DNA from: the human T2T-CHM13v2.0 reference genome, Homo sapiens
Assembly: GCF_009914755.1 (NCBI RefSeq)
Contig: NC_060947.1
Strand: one strand, 5' to 3'
Length of the DNA: 64,000 nt
Position numbers and translations under genes: made by a program. Shown in pieces: positions 54,835-64,000 of this stretch. Each line of letters starts with the position of its first letter. The stretch's first letter is position 1. The notes under the pieces are model-generated. The model ran no database searches, was not told the DNA's origin, and saw only the letters and a program-made list of their open reading frames with translations.

Positions 54835-55115
54835 AGGGTCCAAGGCGGGTCGATCATCAGGTCAGGAATTTGAGACCAGCCTGGTCAACATGGTGAAACC
54901 CCGCCTCTACTAAAGATAAAAAAAAAATTAGCCGGGCCTGGTGGCGCGTGCCTGTAATCCCAGCTACTCCAGAGGCTGAGGAAGGAGAATCACTTGAACC
55001 CAGGAGGCACAGTGAGCCGAGATCGTGCCATTGCACTCCAGCCTGGGTGACAGGGCGAGACTCCCTCGCAAAAAACAAACAAACAAACAAACAAACAAAC
55101 GAACAAACAAAAAAA
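54835..55115 (+). mobile_element. AluS, 5'-truncated, (CAAA)n tail
   Basis: Starts about 45 nt into the left arm; small deletion at ggaggc-acagtgag. Confidence 0.9.
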
Positions 55116-57321
55116 CCAATGGGGGTGAAGGGGATGCTATAAACATAGCTTGTAGACTTTAAATATTTGTTAAACAATGATACTTAGTCCACACAAAGTC
55201 AAATCATTATTTCGTTAATTAAGTTCTGGCAAATATGCTATAATTTAGTTTAAACAAACTAAAAAGCAATCAAAAAACTAGTCAAATCCAGAAGAAAGTC
55301 AAGCATGGGGAAAAGTGTGCAAAGTTTGGGCATGAAAAGTCTCTAATTCTGATACTAGTTCTTATACAGTGTAACTGTTGAACAATTAGTTTTCCCATTC
55401 TCAGTCTCCTTTTTCTCATATTTAATCATGTGAATGGGGTTGGTTGATTGCCAAAGACCCTGCCATCTCTGAAATGTCTAGATGCTATATTGTTCATTTG
55501 CTAAACACGATTGACTAATACATTGAATTGTTTCTGAATGTAGATATAAGACAGAGAACAGGGCAGTCCAGAATCCAGTGATACCCAAAACACGAATATG
55601 TGCTTTTGCATATTATGAGAACACTTTCTGAGAAAGCTAAAGTATCTTATTATGACAAAATTTAAGATGGAGTTCACCCACTTCCTCACTTTCTTTGTGT
55701 ATAAGTAATTCAATATCATTTTCCAGAAAGCAGTAAAAAGTGGACATGGGTGTGGATTTTTATTTGATATATTGTACAATTGAGAGGTGTAATAGTGACT
55801 TGTGATATCTAATATCACAAGATAATAAATGGTTCAAACTTAAATAAACATGAAAACAGTAAAACCCACTTTTGCTTATCAAACTATTCTAAATAAATTT
55901 AGATTGTTTTTAGTATTCTAACTTAAGTATTCCTTTTCATTTTCTATTAATTTGATTTCCAGTATGATAAATATGGTCTGTAAGAAAGGCGCAGTTTAGA
56001 ATGAAAAATTAACATCTCCACCCTCACTTCCTGTAGGGAGAGAAAAGTATTTTAACTACTCATGCCTGGTTAGTAGCAATTAATTGTTTTTTCCCTACTG
56101 ACTGAGTTGATTTAAGTCTATGATTGTTGATAATGCTGCCAGTGGATTTCTATTCAAGGAAAAGATTTCCTGGAATAAATTTTGTTTAATATAGTTTCTA
56201 AGATTTAAAGAGACTTTTCTGCTTAAGTAGCACAGTGTCCAGTGAGGTCTACCAAAGCTTTTTAATTGAATAGTTCAATTAGAAAATAAACAGACATTGT
56301 CTTCTGCTTTCAGAAGATACACTTATTAAGGGAATTTTATAATTATTCTGGAAAATGTAGTGTAAGGAACTTCCAGGTAAAAATGGCAAAATGATACTGC
56401 ATCATAGAAGCTTACCCCCCAATCAAGAAACATAACTAATAAAAGTAGCCATTGGAAATACTAGAGGAAGAACAGTATCAACTAAACAAACAGTAGCTAC
56501 AACTTTAATCCGTATGTTTATAAAACTGCTTGCCAAATAAGGAAACGAATATTCAACATTCAGTGTCAAGGGCATGCCTTGTAATTCAGCCCTCATTCTG
56601 CACCCCAGCTTTGCTGAGTCAGCAAAATTCTAAAACTTCTCCTGAATATTCCAAAATTCTCAGAGAAAAATAGTGGGAAGGTGTCCTTATTTTTTCTTTT
56701 CTTTCTTTCTTTTTTCTTTTTTTTTTTTTTTTTGACTATGATATAGTAGAAACAGCTGCCGGGGAAGAAGACACAAAATAGGGAAAATGAAAAACAGAGT
56801 TGAGTGGTAGAAACAAAGATTCTGAGACTGTGCACTGACTTAATTGGAGGTATGACTGGAAGATCAAAAATACTCAGTATGAGACTAGAGTATACTTCAC
56901 AACTATTTAGAGTGAATCTTGTACTTCATATTAAATTTAAAAAAATTCAAAAGTTATGACAAGCCCTGAGATTCTATCCAGGAGCATACCGATTTGTTCT
57001 CAGTTGTGTTCTTCACTCTCTCCATGTCCTCATGGTACAGAAAAATGAATAAAAAAACAGAAACTCAGCCCTCAAGTTGGGGATTGAAAAGAACAGCAAT
57101 GTAGGCCCAGGAAAGGAACAAAAGTCCAGGAAAGGAGTACCTGAAGAGAAGAAATAAATATTCAACCCTAATATTATATCAAACTACAATTCTAGACAGA
57201 AGCAATATGAATGAAAAAAGTGAAAAGAAATCACAGGACAACTATATCAACAGACTAGGTGATACAATACCCCCACTCCCACTGCAAAAATAGAAACAAA
57301 TAAATAAAAAGAATTGAGCTA

Positions 57322-57444
57322 ATTGGGATATTTGCTCTTGTTTGTTTGTTATTGAATCATTTGAATGTTCTTATATATTTCAGGTATTAGTTTCTTATCA
57401 GATGTGTCATTTGCAAATATATTCTCCCATTCCGTAGGTTGTTT

Positions 57445-57506
<62 letters not shown>

Positions 57507-57551
57507 AAACTTCTGCACAGCAGACATATATATATATGTACTGTATAACTG

Positions 57552-57589
<38 letters not shown>

Positions 57590-58548
57590 TATGTATATAT
57601 CTGCTGTGCAGAAGTTTTTCATTTGATGTAATCCCATTTGTCTATTTCTGCTCTTGTTTTCTTTTCTGTACTTTTGTAGTTTAATCCAAAAATTCTTTGC
57701 CTAGACCGATGTCATGGAACTTTTTCCTTACGATTTTTTTCTAATAGTTTTGTAGTTTCAGGTCTTACATTTAGGTCCTTAATCCAGTTTGAGTTAAGGG
57801 TCCAGTTGATATAAGGGTCTAGTTTCATTCCTCTGCATGTGGATATCTAGTTGTTCTAACACAATTTATTGAAGAGGCTGTACATTCACTGTTGTGTCTA
57901 CTTTGCACCTTTGTCAAAAATCAGTTGACCATAGATGCATAGGTTTATTTTGGGGCTTTCTATTATGTTCCATTGGCCTATGTGTCTGTTTTTATGCTAG
58001 TACCATTCTGTTTTGGTTATTATAGTTCTGCAGTATGTTTTGAAGTTGGGTTGTATTCTATTCAATCATAAAAAGAAATGAAATCATGTTATTTGAAGCA
58101 ACATTAATGAACATGGGGGATGTTACATTAAGTGAATTAGGCCAAGCACAGAAAGAGAACTATTCCATTATCTCATTCATATGTAAGTTTTAAACATTGT
58201 TTTCAAAAGAGTAGCGAGTAGAATGGTTGTTACCAGAGGATAAGGAAGAGAAGGAGGAGAGTGGATGAGGTAAGGTTGATCAATGAGTACAAGGCTACAG
58301 TTACATAGGAGGAATGCATTACTTTGTTCTATTGCATAGCAGTATGACTAAAGTTAATAATAATGTATTTTATATTTCAAAATAGCTAGAATAGAGATTC
58401 TTGTATGCTTGCATCACAAATAAATGATAAATTTTTAAGGTGATGGATATAATAATTACCCTGCTTTGATCATTACAAAATACATACATGTATCAAAATA
58501 TTATGTTTTAATCCATAAATATGTACAATTTCCAATTATACATTTACA
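57322..58548 (+). mobile_element. L1MA with 5' inversion (antisense about 57322-58053, sense about 58054-58548)
   Basis: Strand flip at about 58053; degenerate TSD 57306-57321 vs 58549-58564 (13 of 16). Confidence 0.8.
57446..57600. repeat. (CT)n(AT)n compound microsatellite
   Basis: Read directly; contains an inverted L1 snippet. Confidence 0.9.
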
Positions 58549-58732
58549 AAACAGAGTGGAGCTAGAATGTGAAAAACAAAGATCTCAATTTAAATGAAAC
58601 AAAGTAAGAAATACAAGGAAAATTTTCATAAGCACTTCACAGTTTAGAAAAAAAATAAGAACCTGTATCTAGTAAAAGAAAGCTCAAATATTAGAAGACC
58701 AGAAAAGACATAGTTAAGAATAACATAACTTT

Positions 58733-58830
58733 GGGAGTCGCAGTGGCTCAGGCTGGTTGTCCTGGCACACAGGGAGGTGAGGCCACGTGTTTGAGGCCAA
58801 CCTGTTCAACATTGACCAAAAAAAAAAAAA
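58733..58830 (+). pseudogene. Retrocopy of a snaR-related (CAS/ASR-like) Pol III RNA
   Basis: 85-nt body + A13; perfect 17-bp TSD aagaataacataacttt at 58716-58732 and 58832-58848; snaR-like gtggctcaggctggttg and gaggccaacctgttcaacat. Confidence 0.8.
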
Positions 58831-59004
58831 GAAGAATAACATAACTTTTATATAGAAAAGCCTTGAGGTAATCTCAGCGAATGCAGATAAAAAGGAAAAA
58901 TGATTAGAGTGCTAAGAAAGGAGCCAGAAGATATGAAAGGGAGAGACAATATACGGGAATTACACAGAAATATATTTAAGGCAAATTTTTCTGAAAGAAG
59001 AAAA

Positions 59005-59190
59005 TCATGTATTCAACAACATTCATTTATCAAATACGTATTACTTATCTACAGTAGGTCTGGCTCTGTTGTAGAGGCTGAGGAATTGTAATAGTGACAA
59101 GGAGGTTAGAAGTCCCTGCGCTCATGAAGCTAAACTTCTCCTAAGAAAAAGTACAGTAAACGAGTAAACAAAAAAAAAATAAAATTTTAC
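59005..59190 (-). mobile_element. L2 3' end
   Basis: attcaacaacattcatttatcaaatac...agtccctgcgctcatgaagct. Confidence 0.65.
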
Positions 59191-59819
59191 ATATATAAAC
59201 TAAAACACACAGTGTGTTGCAGAAACTTTTCAAACAAGATGTTTGAATATTTAATCTAGTTCAGTTATTTAATTTATAAGATAAAAATATAATTTTTTAG
59301 GCATCCAGGCTAGAAAAGCAAATCATGTGTAAGAAGAAAACATCTGGTTGTTTCCTATGTTTTTCAACACAAATCTCGAGTCCAGAAGATCATGAAAGTG
59401 TATTCCTAAATTTTTGAGGGAGAGAATGTGAGAATCAAGAATATTATACCAGAAAACGTATCATTCACATATCAGGCAAACAGGTAGACATTCTCAAAAA
59501 TGAAAAAAGCTAAGATAATACAGCATCTTCAGAAGCCCTTCTTTAAAATAATCAAGCAAACTCTGTTTGATGAAGAAATCCATAGCTAATTAAGAGATTA
59601 ATGAAAATAAAGACCTTAGGAATGAAGAAGCTGGAGTATGGGTTCAGTTAGATTTGGATCCACTGAAACAGAACTAATAGTAAAGAAAAATGTGGAAGTT
59701 ATAATCAGGAAATAAGATGTGCATATTAGAAGTTTTGACACTATGTAAAATTAATGACATCATTCACAAAATTTGGAAAGTGGGGCGCCAGGGAGATAGG
59801 ATAAAATTTGAAAAAGCTA

Positions 59820-60115
<296 letters not shown>

Positions 60116-60874
60116 TTAAAAAGCTAATGCTCTAATCTTTCACAGTGAGCAATTAGTACTGTACAAAAATTAAATATTTAATTAAAACTAATGACTCCTA
60201 TTTCTTCATGTTGTTATAATCTGTTTTATTACTTTTCGAGGGATATTTTAAAAAATACTATCTCTTGTGGTAAAGAAGCATGTATCTGAAGTGAAACATT
60301 TCCAAAAGTTTCTTTACCTTTTCATAAATTCAAGTAAAATTGTACTTATGATTTTACTTATAAAATAAAATGCTATTAAATTGTGTGTACACATTTTATT
60401 TTATGTGTATACACACATATACATAGTATATAATTTTATGTGTTTCTGTATTTACGTTTCTGTCTGCATATAATGCACAGAAATATGTGTGGAATAATAC
60501 GTTTGCAAATGCTAATGCTAGTTATTTGTGTAGTGGGATTTGGAGAGATCTTTTTTTTTGTGAGGAAATGTGAGAATTTGTGTTTTTTAATCCTAATGGT
60601 GTTAGTACATCATTTTCACAGAAATACTAAATGAATTTGTTTTCTTAAAAATATAGCATGAAATAAATGTGAGAATGGTGTTCTCGTAGTCTAGATATAA
60701 AAAAAGTGTAGATATCAAACTTGAGCTCAGGAGGTCCAAATATGAGTTTGATATCTGCCTCTACTGAGCTGTGTGACCATAGGCAATACATCTGAACTCT
60801 ATAGAAATTAGTCTTCACATTTATAAAGTGGTTTATTCTAGCTCTAACATTACTGTAACTTCAAAGAATTTGCC

Positions 60875-61600
60875 AGTAGCTCATTTAGCCTAAATTGATC
60901 CCCAAAAAAGATCATGAGAGAAGGGTTTTTGTGTAGGTAGGTTATTTTAGGATGTGATGATCCTAGTGTATGGGAAGAGAGTCCAAGGACAGTGCAATGG
61001 AAGGGAGGGGAAACTAATAGAGGCATATGATATTAAGTTGGTTACGGCTGTGGGCAACTGGGGTTTCATCCCACCAGGAACCTCTGAATGGCTGTATAGA
61101 ATACAATTCAGAATTTTTCACCCAAAAGCAGAAAAGAAAACATTTATCCACCAGTTTCAACCCTACATTGGACAAGTGTTACCCTGCTGGTAAGATTGAC
61201 ATTTAAAATATAGGATACACAGTTGAATTTGAATTTCAGATGAAAAACTATTTTTTACAATTTAACAACAAATATTGTATGGGACATACATATACTAAAT
61301 GTATAAAATTTAAATTAAATGGGCATCGTGTATTTTTATTTGTAAATTCTAGCAAGTCTATACATGAGATATTAACATGCTCATACTTTTGGTTGTGCAT
61401 GCATGAGTGCACGTATCTTGTCCCATAGCATCAGAAAAACACCACTGCAGAAAGCAAGAGGAACACAGTTCAGTTTCAGGTACAGCTAAGATGAAATGCA
61501 TTCTGTATGTATGGGTACAAACTGCCTCATTAGCAATGAAAGGTTGGGTCAGGAAGAAATTACACAGGGCACAAGGGTATATATGTGGAGACTGGGCAAA
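60875..61600 (-). mobile_element. LTR40-like ERVL LTR split by MER53
   Basis: ggttacggctgtgggcaactggggtttcatccc...catttatccaccag. Confidence 0.55.
61186..61360. mobile_element. MER53 palindromic MITE
   Basis: ataggatacacagttgaatttgaatttcagat mirrored by aatttaaattaaatgggcatcgtgtattttt. Confidence 0.75.
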
Positions 61601-61944
61601 TTAATCAATGTGGATGTCTTTTATAATCTGAATATAATAAAATAAAATATGAGGTGATATTATTATTATTATTATCATTGGCTTGCTTTAAAATGTGATT
61701 ATTTTGGTAGGGATCAGATTATTCAAGTTGTAGGGGGGGTGTATAAATAAGTATAAGCTATTTATATTAAGACAGAATAAAAACAATTTTGCTTTTGGCT
61801 TTTAGATAGGAACTTCTAGCATACTTGCTTACTCAATGTCTTTTTTCATGCATAGTTGGTTGGACTATTTGGTCCAAATTGATTTGCTCTTGATAAAGCA
61901 TAATATTTTTGTGCTTACCAGGAAGTTACTCTAGAATCATATTT

Positions 61945-62170
<226 letters not shown>

Positions 62171-63257
62171 CATCATACTTTTTAATTGGATTGATATGGC
62201 TGTGAAGAGACTTTGCAGTGTCCCTAGGATTCAGTAGTCTCTCAGTAAATGGTAAAGTCTCTTCCCTATAATTGTTTTTGTTTTTCCTTTTGGCTGTCCA
62301 CCTTCCAATTAGCATGCTGTTTTTTTAATTGTGCTTACTTAATATCACTTTATTCAGTCTTGGAGAGAATAAATTATTGTCCTTTCCTTATGAATACACA
62401 GCCATTGCTGTGCAGTCAATTTTCAGGATGAATCCTAAATTACCTCTGAACTCACTGCATTCTGCCGCTGCATCCATTATTTTCTCAAAGTATATGGCTT
62501 ACAAATTTCTGTAGAAAAATGCCTTTACTGCCTGGCCTAGGAGGTCATTCTGCCAGGAAAGCTGTCTTTCTCTCAAGTTTATTTTTCCTTAGCAAGGTTT
62601 GTGCATAGTTTCTTTATGGACTCTCCACTCTGCCAACCCTTGAGTGCTTTGTCTCTTCTACAGAAGTATGGTTTTCTATCCTTAGGATCTGAAAACCCTC
62701 TCTTGTAGCAATGGCTTGCAAGTGGTAGATTTTGCAAGCTATTAGGCTAAGCCATTAGGCAAGTCATTAAGCTAAATTTTGGAGTATAAGAGGCATTAAG
62801 ATGTAAGAACATTTTTTGTTTGTTTGTTTGTTTTATAATCAGAAAAGTAGCCTCAGTAAGTCGAGCTGAATCAACTATAAATGATGTGTATTTAAAATTC
62901 AAATCTAATTTCATAGATAACTTAGAAAATATTCACTGTAGAAGCTAAAAATGTCCAATTATTACAGAGCGTCTGTCCTAAGCCAATAGACTTTGCAACA
63001 TATATATTGCCAATAAAATGTCTTTTATAGACAGTTACATATTTCTGCATTTATTGTTATTTAATTGTCAATGAATTATGCCCCCCAAAGTAATTTGTTT
63101 TAGTGAGAGAGCATTGGCCTCCAGTGCAATAATTATGCCATTTTATCATAAGGAATCTATTTGATACAATTTTTAAACTAGGAAGTCCATTATTTATGTC
63201 AGCTTATTACCATATCTTATCAGCTTGGTTTCAGTGGTGAAATTAGGGTATATTTCA

Positions 63258-63374
63258 TAACTAGATGGATGTAAGATTGTAAGAGAAGGCCCATGTGTAA
63301 CCATATTCTACACTGCCTAGCATCCTGCAATTCATTAGTGCCCATGAATGCATGGGTATCCTGGAAATAAATAG
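63258..63374 (+). mobile_element. L2 3' end
   Basis: ctagatggatgtaagattgtaagagaaggccc...cactgcctagca. Confidence 0.45.
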
Positions 63375-64000
63375 ACAGCTATTGTAAAATGACACATTTT
63401 ATAAATCACTGCAGTATAAACTAGATGAGCACTTTAAAATAGCTCAATAGATATTTGAAGTCCAAATCTGTAATGCCAGCATGGCTTTGTGTCCATGGAA
63501 CACAGCAGGTTGATATATGGCTGTTCTCCTGGTACAGCACAATATTAGTAACAGGCTTTCAGGGGCATGCCTTGGCTGAATCCCTTACCTTTGTCCCCTA
63601 CTTGGCTGCTGATTGGAATTGTTCATTGAAAAGTGGGGAAAAATGACATAATCTGCAGCTGACCCTTAGTTGTCTATTTCCTGACATGGCGATGTTTTAT
63701 CTTTTACCTCTCACCCATTTCATATATATATATTTTTTACTTTCCTCTCTCCTTGACTCCATTCTAAAGTCTCAACTATCAATATTCTTAGTACGTTTGG
63801 AAGTTGGAATTATAGTATACATGCCATCCTTTAGCTTTTTAAAATTTGGCATCACCGCATGAAGATATTCTTAAATATTCACCCAAAGTAAGAATCTGAA
63901 CTCTTGTCTAGTACTCCATCATATATCTATTCCATTTGTTGTTTTTCCACTTTCTTAAGACACAGTCCTAAAAGCAGTATGTCCAAGTGTATATATGCAT

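Overview
AT-rich, CpG-poor primate (human-like) non-coding DNA, intronic or intergenic. I find no credible protein-coding gene; the recognisable ORFs are decayed L1 ORF2, Alu or THE1-internal sequence. The window is dominated by interspersed repeats: Alus (Y, S, J), primate L1PA 3' ends, old L1M/HAL1/L2/MIR, two LTR-int-LTR THE1 proviruses, solo MaLR/ERVL LTRs and hAT MITEs. Subfamily names are assigned by eye from remembered consensus sequences and are provisional. The standout is an 85-nt Pol III-type retrocopy at 58733-58830 with an A13 tail and a perfect 17-bp TSD. It resembles snaR and its ancestors (CAS/ASR) rather than a normal Alu monomer. Also notable: two old L1s with twin-priming inversions, several perfect short inverted repeats that look like template-switch products, a THE1D provirus without TSDs, a candidate + strand non-coding exon and a candidate RFX/NF-Y/POU-SOX element. 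No wholly new biological system can be demonstrated from sequence alone.
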